A program made the translations under genes and the position numbers. From positions 1 through 20,243 of the forward strand of contig NW_021824039.1 in the NCBI RefSeq assembly GCF_006345805.1: a DNA stretch of 20,243 nt, given 5' to 3'. The notes beneath the pieces are model-generated. The model saw only the letters and a list, made by a program, of their open reading frames with translations, made no database searches and had not been told where the DNA came from. Positions 1 to 9,539 of the stretch are shown here, piece after piece. Source of the stretch: Octopus sinensis. Its lineage: Eukaryota. Each line of letters begins with the position of its first letter. The first letter of the stretch is position 1.

Positions 1-254
1 GCCAACAGCGTCTTAGGCTAATAATAGTCATTGCCTGAAATGGAACGGTCTTTGTTGGAATGGCGAATTTGAACAGTATTCACAGCTGTGATAACCAATA
101 TCTGAATATTATTGTTATAACAATGGTGATTTTTGGAGTGAATGTATATTTGTGGCTGTTCTGTTTTTATGCTGGCTACTCTCTGTGTCCTGTGTATGTA
201 TGTATGTACGTTCTTAGTTACATATGTATGTACCTAGGCCCGTGTGTTTGGATG

Positions 255-269
255 TATATATATATATTG

Positions 270-312
<43 letters not shown>

Positions 313-388
313 GTACATATATATATGCATCTATATATATATATATAATATACATACACATATGTATATATATATATAGTATATATAT

Positions 389-421
<33 letters not shown>

Positions 422-467
422 GATAGAAGAGAGAGATGGATAGATAGATAGATAGATAGATAGATAG

Positions 468-504
<37 letters not shown>
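255..504. repeat. Compound microsatellite, (TA)n followed by (GATA)n
   Basis: Direct reading: interrupted TA runs ~255-421, then AGAT/GATA tetramer array to ~504. Confidence 0.95.
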
Positions 505-506
<2 letters not shown>

Positions 507-1043
507 GAGTAAATGTACGTGTGAGTATGTATCCTCCTGTGTACGTATGTATATATGCATCTATATGTGTAAGCATGCATGCACGCACGTACGTACGTAT
601 GTATGTATGATTGTGTGTATATATGCATGTATATATGTATTTATGAATGTATGATGTATGTTTGTATGTTCTAGTTTTGAAGTTTCTCACCAATAAAGAA
701 AAGAAGACAACACCATCTGTAATTCAAACGAACATCAACCAGGCCGTCACATCTCTTTTGTCCTTTGTGATTTATTAAAACGTTTTCGTTTTTAGACTTC
801 AAGCCGGTCACTGACAATGATCCAAGATTCTTTTGTCTAAATCATGACAGCTCTTTGAGTTTGTAGCTATCTGGTTTGTTTAGTGTCAGTAAATACGTGC
901 TTGTGTGCATGTGTACGCTTGGGGATAAACTGGCTGTGGTGCACTGGGTATACATATCCCTTTATACACAACAAACGCTTGTACTTCGTAACCGTTTATG
1001 TGCGTGCGCGCCTGCCTGTGGATTTCATATGCACATTTTGACC

Positions 1044-1115
1044 CTTTTGTCATTGAACTGCGACCATACCGGAGCACCATCTTGAAACGCTTAGTCCAGT
1101 GATTCTCGACCAGGG
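1044..1115 (-). mobile_element. Decayed 3' fragment of SINE family A
   Basis: gtcattgaactgcgaccataccggagcaccatcttga aligns loosely with cagtaatttggctgcggccatgctggagcaccgcctt in the full copy (1254-1290). Confidence 0.5.
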
Positions 1116-1229
1116 CCCATGTGAATCTTAGTGCTCCATATAAAACCTACAAGGGTCCACAGAAGCAAATTAGTAAATTGGGGATCCGCAAAAGTATTTT
1201 AAGGATTATGACAGCAAAGTTTGCTTTAG

Positions 1230-1637
1230 ATTCTTTTATTCTTTTACTCGTTTCAGTAATTTGGCTGCGGCCATGCTGGAGCACCGCCTTTTTAGTCGTG
1301 CAAATCGACCCAGGGACTTATTCTTTGTAAGCCTAGTACTTATTCTATCGGTCTTTTTGCCAAACCGCTAAGTTACGCGGACGTAAACACACCAGCATCG
1401 GTTGTCAAGCGATGCTGGGGGGACAAACACAGACACACAAACATATACACACACATATACACACATATATACATATATACGACGGGCTTCTTTCAGTTTC
1501 CGTCTACCAAATCCACTCACAAGGCTTTGGTCGGCCCGAGACTATAGTAGAAGACACTTGCCCAAGGTGCCACGCAGTGGGACTGAACCCGGAACCATGT
1601 GGTTGGTAAGCAAGCTACTTACCACACAGCCACTGCG
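1230..1637 (-). mobile_element. Full-length tRNA-derived SINE, family A (octopus-type)
   Basis: Minus strand has Pol III A-box-like TGGCTGTGTGG and B-box-like GGTTCAGTCCC, central gcaccttgggcaagtgtcttctac, internal (TA/TG)n and a short repeated (taaaagaa) tail. Near-identical in reverse complement to 5481-5887. Confidence 0.92.
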
Positions 1638-1668
1638 AGAAACAGCTAGGTTTGTTTCTCTAATATTT

Positions 1669-1850
1669 AGGCGCAGGCGTGGTTGTGTATAGGCACAGGC
1701 ATGGTTTAGTAAGAAGCATTCTTCCCAAACACATGGTTCCGGGTTCAGTCCCACTGCATGGCACCTTGGTCACGTGTCTTCTACTATAACTTCGGGCCGA
1801 CCAAAGCCGTGTGAGTAGATTTGGTACACGGAATCTGAAAGAAGCACGTC
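1669..1850 (+). mobile_element. 5' half of SINE family A with duplicated 5' head
   Basis: aggcgcaggcgtggtt then aggcacaggcatggtt, B box GGTTCAGTCCC and body to gaaagaagcacgtc; 3' half missing. Confidence 0.88.
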
Positions 1851-2155
1851 ATGGATACATTAACACGCACGCACTTACGTGTGTATATCTGTGTATTTAT
1901 TTGTGTATTTCTATGGTTTTAAGTATGTAAACAAACCACATCCAGTTTCATATATAAAATAAATCTAAAGAAATTGTCTTCTGTGAAAAGTGTCCCTGGG
2001 GTTGCCTCCATTTCCGGCTACGTACGTTTAGGTTTGTTTTTTCTCTTTTTCGACGTCGTAGGATTAAACTGCTTTCCATCGTAATAAAGTGGCGTTCAAT
2101 CATGTCATAATATAAATAGTGTATAAATATATATGCATACCTACACATATATATT

Positions 2156-2167
<12 letters not shown>

Positions 2168-2232
<65 letters not shown>
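2168..2232. repeat. (TG)n microsatellite
   Basis: Pure TG run. Confidence 0.97.
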
Positions 2233-2237
<5 letters not shown>

Positions 2238-2495
2238 AGAAAAAAACACCTTTTATCAATTCAAAATGAACAATTGATTTACATATCTAGAAAATTACAT
2301 ATAATAGAAATATTAAAATTAAAATAATAATAATATACCAAATATATACGTTTTTATTATTATTTTGCACATTACTTAATCATCGGTATATTATTGTTAT
2401 TTTATATTTAATATTTCTATTATATGTAATTTTCTTGGTGGTGTAATTTAATTGTTCATTTTGAATTGATAAAAGGTGTTTTTTTTTCTAATTTA
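2232..2495. repeat. AT-rich fold-back element, arms 2232-2339 / 2385-2495
   Basis: taaattagaaaaaaacaccttttatcaattcaaaatgaacaatt... is reverse-complemented by ...aattgttcattttgaattgataaaaggtgtttttttttctaattta; ~45-bp spacer. Confidence 0.9.
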
Positions 2496-2589
2496 TATAT
2501 ATATAATATATTACATTTTGTGAAATTTGATTTATTATTTCTAAATTGAATTTTTCCTGTAAGTTAGGAATGATATTCCCTTAGATACT

Positions 2590-2629
<40 letters not shown>

Positions 2630-2631
2630 AT

Positions 2632-2677
<46 letters not shown>

Positions 2678-2781
2678 AACATTTATGTATGTATATACAC
2701 AAAAGAGAATACAAAAGCACCTTAAATTTACGACAGCTGATTCGGCAGAAATTTATAAATGCATTCGTAGAAGAGTACATG

Positions 2782-2878
2782 TATATTTGTATATACATGC
2801 ATATATGGGCACAGGACACCACGGTTGTTTACGTTCCGCGGTGTCCTGTCCCCATATATGCATGTATATACAAATATA
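2782..2878. repeat. Short fold-back, arms ~2782-2824 / 2836-2878, related to the 13.5-14.2 kb element
   Basis: tatatttgtatatacatgcatatatgggcacaggacaccacgg pairs with ccgcggtgtcctgtccccatatatgcatgtatatacaaatata; shares tacatgcatatat...acaggacaccac with 13663-13703. Confidence 0.85.
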
Positions 2879-3580
2879 TGTATGTACATATATATGTGTA
2901 TGTATGCCTATATATTTATATATTATTTATATTATTATATAGTTGAACGCCACGGATCCATTTCCAAGTCTTCTATCTCAATGGTATGAGGCTTGCACAC
3001 GTAGTTTATCAGTATATATATAATACTATATGTGTTTGTGTTTGTGTGCGCCCAAGGTGGTGTATGAATGTATGTACACTGAAAAACATAAGTATATATT
3101 TATATGATTATATGTGTGTATTGTATGCGTGTGCGCGCGCGCGTGTGTGTGTGTGTGTGTGCACACGTGTGTTAGCGCATGCGTATGTATGCGGCTACAC
3201 AATGAAATAAACTAGAAAACGGCTCAGTCTGTAACAAGCCGATATTTGGATAAGAATATCTAATTAAAAAATAAGTTATAAGTATCTAATTAAAATATGT
3301 ACCTAATTATAATTTCCCTTTGCTTCCCCACTGAAGAGTCTTGGGCATACAAAACATTAATTAATGCGTTTAGCAATTTCAATCAAACATATATTCAACT
3401 TTCCCCAAAAATAGATTGCGTTGTTCATCAGTATAGTCCAGTATATTTCGATGGTTATCTACACATATTTACAAACTCGATGTGCTGGAACTAATAAAAT
3501 TAATAGAATGTGTTTTAGGAAGTAATATTTATGCACTTAAATTAAATTCTTTTTACATACAGCAATATTTTTATACATAA

Positions 3581-3975
3581 CTAGCAGTATCGCCCGGCAT
3601 TGCTCGGGTTTGTAAGGGAAATAACTATATCAGCATTTTTAGAGAGTTATAGTCAAAAAGTAGCAAAAAATGCATTAAAAATGGAAAAAAATGATGGTAA
3701 ATTTTTTTTTAAATCGTTGACTCATCGTAGACATTTTTAGAGAGTTACTTCCCTTATATAATAGCGAAAAAATGCATTAAAATGGAAAAAAATGATGGTA
3801 ATTTTTTTTTAAATCGTAGACTCATCGTAGACGCGCGCTAATACCCAGAAGGGCTCGATATGAATCACGACTATAAGATACCCGAATTTGGTTAAACTGT
3901 ACCGCAAAATGTGGGAGTAGTTAGGAATCTAAATCGTAGGAGACAGACACACAACTTGACTTTTATATATAAAGA
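3581..3975 (-). mobile_element. Complete non-autonomous Helitron (395 bp)
   Basis: Minus strand starts TC (3975-3974) after host A and ends CTAG (3584-3581) before host T. GC hairpin cccggcattgctcggg (3593-3608) lies 8 nt from the CTAG. No TSD. Internal ~99-bp tandem duplication at 3634-3731 / 3732-3832. Confidence 0.9.
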
Positions 3976-4397
3976 TAATCTAAGTAATTTATTGACTAAT
4001 TTCACTCACATTATCAAAATTTTGTCTCAGTGCAGTAATATCGTTATAATCCAGCAAATTCGAGTTCACAGTTAATCCATATTTTTCTTCAGTACGATTA
4101 TTGCTTCTGCTTCACCTTCCTACCAACTTTGGTACTTTTACTTCACAACTTCAAAATAACTGTTTAACAGATTTTATTCTAATTTCCCAGCATTTAAGCT
4201 AACGTAAATTTATCTGTTCATGAACTGGATACCGATTAAAAACCTATATAAGCTTTGTAATTTGAACATGTTTGATTATGCCTGTTCCACTCATATTTTT
4301 TCCGCTCATCTATTAATTCATCGTGTTCAATTTTTCATTATTTGGTTAATATTATTGCCATTTTAATCATATCTTCGCAATAGATTCATTTATTCCT

Positions 4398-4556
4398 TTC
4401 TCTCTCTCTCTCTCCTTCTTCTTCTTCTTCTTCTTCTTCTTCTTCTTCTTCTTCTTCTTCTTCTTCTTCTTCTTCTTCTTCTTCTTCTTCTTCTTCTCTC
4501 TCCCTTCTCTCTCTCTCTTTCTCTCTCTATCTCTGTCTCTATCCCTCTCTTTCTCC
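4398..4556. repeat. Polypyrimidine/polypurine tract (CT)n-(CTT)n-(CT)n
   Basis: Pure (CTT)n ~4415-4496 flanked by CT repeats; the source of the poly-K ORF. Confidence 0.96.
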
Positions 4557-5480
4557 ACTATTTCTTTTTAGATTTTCTAAAATTCTTATACATTGATTTT
4601 TGATATAATTTAGCTATACACTATTTAGTTATCTCTCTCTTAAGTAACTTTAGCGCAGTCTATTCATCTTACGTAATTAAATTATACACATTCGTACAGA
4701 TTAAATTTGATAAAACACATAAATGGCATCCATCTTATCTACTCGTATATATCCTACTCTCAAAACAACGCTACACAATACAATTTAGTCCATCGTTCCT
4801 TTATGATTGAGTCTGCGGCATACTTCTGAGAATTGACGGGGTCAGTTTTAAATTTGGCACTGTTCTCCGTAATAATGAATTATCGCTGCTAGTCTCTGAT
4901 TCTGGATTGAGCCAATGGATTTAAAGGCGCTTGAAGATGAAATATACCGTTCAAGTCTTCTATTTATCATTTGTTTTAATCATATATAATTTGTTTCCCT
5001 CTACGGGTCTCGCATGATGATTCCAATTTGGATATCGATCTTTCACTGGTCAATTATACTCCCTTCCATATTGAAATGCTGATTTTTCTGTTTGAATGTT
5101 CATATGTTGTTAAACATGCATGATCAGCAATGTATCAAATACTGACTGCATGGAGTAGCCTGATGATTTGGGAGACTATTGCATTATAATAAATATGCGA
5201 TGCTACCTCACAATAAAATCATTTAATGAGACATTGTAACAAGACCGTGTATTCAAATCGTCTGCTTCTTTTTATCATTATATTTTATCATAAGAGATGA
5301 AGCCAGCATAGAAGTTCCACTATAATTTGAATATCATGGATTTGCAGATTACCAAAGAGCAATTAGCTTTTTCCTCCATTTTAAACACTACACCAATGGA
5401 ATGAATTGTTTATCTGATAATTTGTGTCGTACTATCTAGGAATCAAGTGTTGTGTACTCGCTGATATACCTCAATTTTTA

Positions 5481-5887
5481 AGCGCAGGAGTGGCTGAGTG
5501 GTAAGTAGCTTACTTACCAACCACATGGTTCCGGGTTCAGTCTCACTGCGTGGCACCTTGGGCAAGTGTCTTCTAATATAGCCTCGGGCCGACCAAAGCC
5601 TTATGAGTGGATTTGGTAGACGGAAACTGAAAGAAGCCCGTCGTATATATGTATGTGTGTGTATATGTTTGTGTGCCTGTGTTGTCCCCTAACATCGCTT
5701 GACAACCGATGCTGGTGTGTTTACGTCCCCGTAACTTAGCGGTTCGGCAAAAGAGAAGACCGATAGAATAAGTACTAGGCTTACAAAGAATAAGTCCTGG
5801 GGTCGATTTGGTCGACTAAAGGCGGTGCTCCAGCATGGCCGTAGTCAAATGACTGAAACAAGTAAAAGAGTAAAAGAGTAAAAGAGA
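5481..5887 (+). mobile_element. Full-length tRNA-derived SINE, family A
   Basis: gcgcaggagTGGCTGAGTGGtaag (A box), GGTTCAGTCTC (B box), central domain, 3' ggcggtgctccagcatggcc and (gtaaaaga)3 tail; matches the reverse complement of 1230-1637. Confidence 0.93.
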
Positions 5888-6022
5888 ATATATATTTCTG
5901 TGTGTGTTAGGGGTTGAGAAACCAAATAAAGGATAGTAAATATCCATATACTGCTGGTATATTGGATAGCTATCATAGGTACACGCCAATACGTACTCTC
6001 TTATAACACACACACCTTCGTG

Positions 6023-6023
<1 letters not shown>

Positions 6024-6059
<36 letters not shown>

Positions 6060-6085
6060 TATATATATTAGATAGATAGATAGAG

Positions 6086-6117
<32 letters not shown>

Positions 6118-6145
6118 GATAGATAGATAGATAGACAGATGATAA

Positions 6146-6218
<73 letters not shown>

Positions 6219-6241
6219 ATAGATAGATAGATAGATAGATA
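6024..6241. repeat. Compound microsatellite (TA)n + (GATA)n
   Basis: Direct reading. Confidence 0.96.
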
Positions 6242-6294
6242 GCTATATGGAAAAAAAGTCAAGATAGGAAATGCTAAAATAATTTTATAAAAAA

Positions 6295-6341
6295 CATTTC
6301 AGTACCAGTTTCAGTCATTGAGACTTTTTCAACTGTAGTAT
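6295..6341 (-). ncRNA. Minimal type-I hammerhead ribozyme with U3-A8 variant core
   Basis: Minus strand: cag UUGAAAA aguc-ucaau-gacu GAAA cug GUA|cug. Stem I cag/cug, stem II 4 bp, stem III A-U and C-G; predicted cleavage between 6303 and 6302. Confidence 0.72.
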
Positions 6342-6466
6342 GGAAAACAATTAAATTTGGAAAAGAATATTTGTATAGTGTCCAAATACAACGGCCCATT
6401 TTCCTAGTTTCTGCCTGTCTCTTCTCTCTTGTTTACTCTTGTGGGTTCGAAGATCGTTGTGTGTAG

Positions 6467-6502
<36 letters not shown>

Positions 6503-6734
6503 ATATATAGATATATATTATATGTGTGTGTGTGTGTTGTGTATGTATGTATGTATGTATGTATGTATGTATGTGTTTGTATTGAGGCACAAATGTTTTA
6601 TTTCTACACTCTCACTTCTGAAAGCGCTGTTGCGTGTTTGGTTTGAGAACGGAACCGGAAGTTTCATATTAAATCCGTTATTTGGTTAATTTCCGATTGG
6701 ATATCGGAAAATTCTTCTAATTCATGACGCTAAC

Positions 6735-6735
<1 letters not shown>

Positions 6736-6783
<48 letters not shown>

Positions 6784-6837
6784 ATAATAATAATAGTAAT
6801 AATAATAATAATAATAATAGTAATAATAATAATAATA
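6736..6837. repeat. Compound trinucleotide microsatellite (GTA)n-(ATA)n
   Basis: Direct reading. Confidence 0.96.
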
Positions 6838-7067
6838 CGAGAAAACCCTAAAACAAAAATACTAAAAAAGAAAGAAAAATCAGACATACAAAGGAAGAAA
6901 ATATTCAGTGCAAGAAACAAAACCAGGTCATATCCTTTTATATATGGATGCACAGAAGCCTCATACATATATTGCGAATATCAAATAAGCTCATACAATG
7001 ACTGCATATGTTATACATACATGGTAACAAACTGATGCCAGCTGATAATACATTTTCTGTCATACGT

Positions 7068-7120
<53 letters not shown>

Positions 7121-7327
7121 TATATATATATATATATAGATAAGAAAGTTTGTTTGGTAAAGCACGTGGGTGAGGAATATATAAGAAAATAGTAAAGTGT
7201 GAAAAAACGACAGAAGGCTTAAATGTTAAAAAAATATATATATTTGTGTCAAAATGTCTGAGAAGAATATTGGAAAAATTTTTTTTCCCTTTCCTTAAAA
7301 TGACATAATTTTAAAAATTGTTTAAAG

Positions 7328-7361
7328 AAATTACCGGTTTCGCGTGTAGCTTTTCAAAGTT
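7328..7361 (-). ncRNA. Minimal type-I hammerhead ribozyme with U3-A8 core and palindromic stem III
   Basis: Minus strand: aacu UUGAAAA gc-uacac-gc GAAA ccg GUA|auuu. ACCGGU palindrome at 7333-7338; stem I has one C.U mismatch. Confidence 0.62.
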
Positions 7362-7467
7362 TTTTGTGACATAGATATATATATATATATATATATATAG
7401 ATATATATATATATATAAAGTATTAAAAGCAATATGTAGGTATATATATGTATATATATATATGGTA

Positions 7468-7500
<33 letters not shown>

Positions 7501-7920
7501 ACACAGAGGCACACATTCATAATGAACGTATCAAAAGCTGCAAAAACAGAGGATAAAGATAGAAAAAGTTGTTGGTTAGAAATACTATGTGCTTGCGTTT
7601 CAATAACCTACACGTGTATGTGTGTGTATTTATGGGTGCATGTACTCATCAATGAGCGTGCACCACACATACACATATGCGTGTGTATATATACGTGTGT
7701 ATGTGCATATATATATATATATATAATATATATATTATATATATATATATACTTATATATATATATATATAATATATATTTGTTTCTTGTGTGCATACTG
7801 CCGTTGTCAATATTGGTCTAATCTTGTTACGGGCGATTTCTCTTCGTGATGGCAGCTAGAAAAACAACCACTTTTAATTATCTTTCAGGTCTCGCATAAA
7901 AATATATATATTTTATATAA

Positions 7921-7921
7921 T

Positions 7922-8009
<88 letters not shown>

Positions 8010-8016
8010 ATATGTA

Positions 8017-8047
<31 letters not shown>

Positions 8048-8176
8048 TGTATGTATGTATGAATGTATGTATAAATATATGTACGTACACATACAAATAT
8101 ATATAAATGTGTGTAGGTATACATATATATACATACATACATACATACATACATACATGCATACATACATACATAC
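7921..8176. repeat. Compound (CA)n/(TA)n/(TATG)n/(CATA)n microsatellite block
   Basis: Direct reading; the TATG and CATA arrays are mutually inverted. Confidence 0.93.
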
Positions 8177-8529
8177 AGACGCTCATATAAACTAGGAAAT
8201 AAATATAGCTTTTATTAACTGCCACCGCATATAAAAGATGTATATAACAATTATACACGAACTAAACACACACAGAATTCCCGTGCACACAAACTTAGAA
8301 TACAGAGTGAAATTCATGCATCCATCTCTCTCCCTCTCTTTCACTCTTTCTCTCTCTATCTATCTTTATATATATATATATATATATATATAACAACTTA
8401 TAAATGAGGGCAAACGAAAAAATTTCTAATGCCAAATATGCCGAAATTAGACACATTGTCCATAACCATATATTTTATCACAATATGCACGCTACTCGAA
8501 AAAGGTCGACAGAAATTTCTAAAAAAATT

Positions 8530-8601
8530 CCGTTATTACCATTACGGACCGATTTCAGGATTAGTTCATAAGAACCCTCTCTTCGTCAGTGATAAATGCG
8601 G
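8530..8601 (-). ncRNA. Type-I hammerhead-like motif with intact core and displaced or decayed stem I
   Basis: Minus strand: uuauca CUGACGA ag-agag-gguuc-uuau-gaacu-aauc-cu GAAA ucg GUC cguaa ugguaa. Core boxes at 8589-8583 and 8556-8553. Confidence 0.5.
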
Positions 8602-8713
8602 CAAAAAATAAATGAAATACTTACTCATATCCTACATTAGATGTAAATTTATATATATATATATACATACATATATATATATAGAATATATATATATATA
8701 TATATATTATATA

Positions 8714-8774
<61 letters not shown>

Positions 8775-8775
<1 letters not shown>

Positions 8776-8879
8776 ACCGACCAGACTATTAAATGTTGTT
8801 ACACATCGCTGGTCACAATGCGTTCGCATTGTTTTAGCCTTCGAATGACGCCACCCCGCTGGCTAAGCTAGCAGGCCAA
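8775..8879 (-). mobile_element. 3' fragment of SINE family C
   Basis: atgttgttacacatcgctggtcacaatgc...ttttagc...gcaggccaa matches 10197-10285. Confidence 0.7.
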
Positions 8880-8898
8880 TATATATATATATATATTA

Positions 8899-9102
8899 TA
8901 TTTCTTTATTGCCCACAAGGGGATAAACATAGAGGGGACAAACAAGGACAGACAAAGGGATTAAGTCGATTACATCGATCCCAGTGCGTAACTGGTACTT
9001 AATTTATCGACCCCGGCGGAATTTGAACTCAGAACGTAGCGGCAGGCGAAATACGGCTAAGCATTTCGCCCGACGTGCTTACGTTTCTGCCAGCTCGCTG
9101 TC

Positions 9103-9103
<1 letters not shown>
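8899..9103 (-). mobile_element. tRNA-derived SINE family B (Deu/Nin-domain type) with 27-bp internal deletion
   Basis: Colinear with 10921-11146 (gagctggcagaa...gagttcaaattcc...ggggtcgataaattaagtaccag) but lacks aaaggatgaaaggcaaagtcgacctcg. Confidence 0.88.
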
Positions 9104-9170
<67 letters not shown>

Positions 9171-9203
9171 ATAAAATTAATAATAATAATAATAATATAA
9201 TAA

Positions 9204-9254
<51 letters not shown>
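9104..9254. repeat. (TAA)n microsatellite
   Basis: Direct reading; interrupted in the middle. Confidence 0.96.
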
Positions 9255-9257
<3 letters not shown>

Positions 9258-9539
9258 AATGATCCCTGGCTTACCATCCCTGCAAGAAGTGCAAAAGATT
9301 GTCTTAACTGGTACATCACACGTATTGAGAAGAGCATTGTCGATGTGAGAAATGTTGCTGCCTCATGTATTTTAATTTAACTTAAAAAAAAAAAAAAAAA
9401 ATGAACGAAACTATGAGTTTGGTTTAATGGCCTACCAATGTATACTATGAGTTTCTTTGCCTAGGAGTCGGGAAGACACTCGGCAAGAAATGGAAGCAAA
9501 TTTGAAAGAAGAAAAAAAAAAGTAATAATAATAATAATA
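9255..9539 (+). mobile_element. 5'-truncated R4/Dong-clade non-LTR retrotransposon (ORF C-terminus, 3'UTR, A/TAA tail)
   Basis: 9256-9348 translates RMIPGLPSLQEVQKIVLTGTSHVLRRALSM*, matching the R4/Dong C-terminal QKxVLxGTxHxxR signature. 3'UTR stem-loop at ~9450-9490. Flanked by (TAA)n on both sides. Confidence 0.8.

Larger units (their letters stand above)
3210..4800 (-). pseudogene. Heavily decayed hAT-superfamily transposase relic, interrupted by a Helitron and a (CTT)n tract
   Basis: Hand translation of the minus strand gives, in hAT order across frameshifts: NMSG (4297-4286; cf. YDxxxNMSG), QSLYRFL (4257-4237), CWEIRIKSVK (4192-4163; cf. TRWESRxxSVK), and YPNI...TEPFS (3252-3214; cf. 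dimerization domain FPNx...ERSFS). Spacing implies large deletions. Confidence 0.4.

Noticed and set aside
1121-1754. ORFs 1121-1330, 1402-1692, 1412-1609 and 1542-1754, and similar ones at 5816, 9029, 10766 and 19756-20125
   Set aside because: They run through SINE sequence and are chance open frames.
2733-2765. cagCTGATTCggcaGAAAtttataaaTG hammerhead look-alike
   Set aside because: The core lacks G8/A9, there is no stem II, and the triplet ends in G.
3326-3375. CTGAAGA...aAAAcattaattaatg hammerhead look-alike
   Set aside because: G12 is missing and there is no stem I or NUH; it also lies within the putative hAT relic.
4810-4910. Minus-strand frame NPESETSSDNSLLRRTVPNLKLTPSILRSMPQTQS* as a terminal exon
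   Set aside because: Short, with a weak acceptor and no supporting similarity.
5488-5555. tRNA-like sequence with A and B boxes (also at 10395-10450)
   Set aside because: These are SINE heads with no complete cloverleaf or acceptor stem, so they are not tRNA genes.
6645-6725. Minus-strand UAGAAGA...hairpin...GAAAcuuccgGUU
   Set aside because: Two core substitutions and no stem I; only the tttccgat/atcggaaa hairpin is real.
7824-7897. Minus-strand CUGAAAGA...GAAAucgcccGUA in a TA-flanked island
   Set aside because: Extra core base, and stems I and III do not pair; too degenerate to call.
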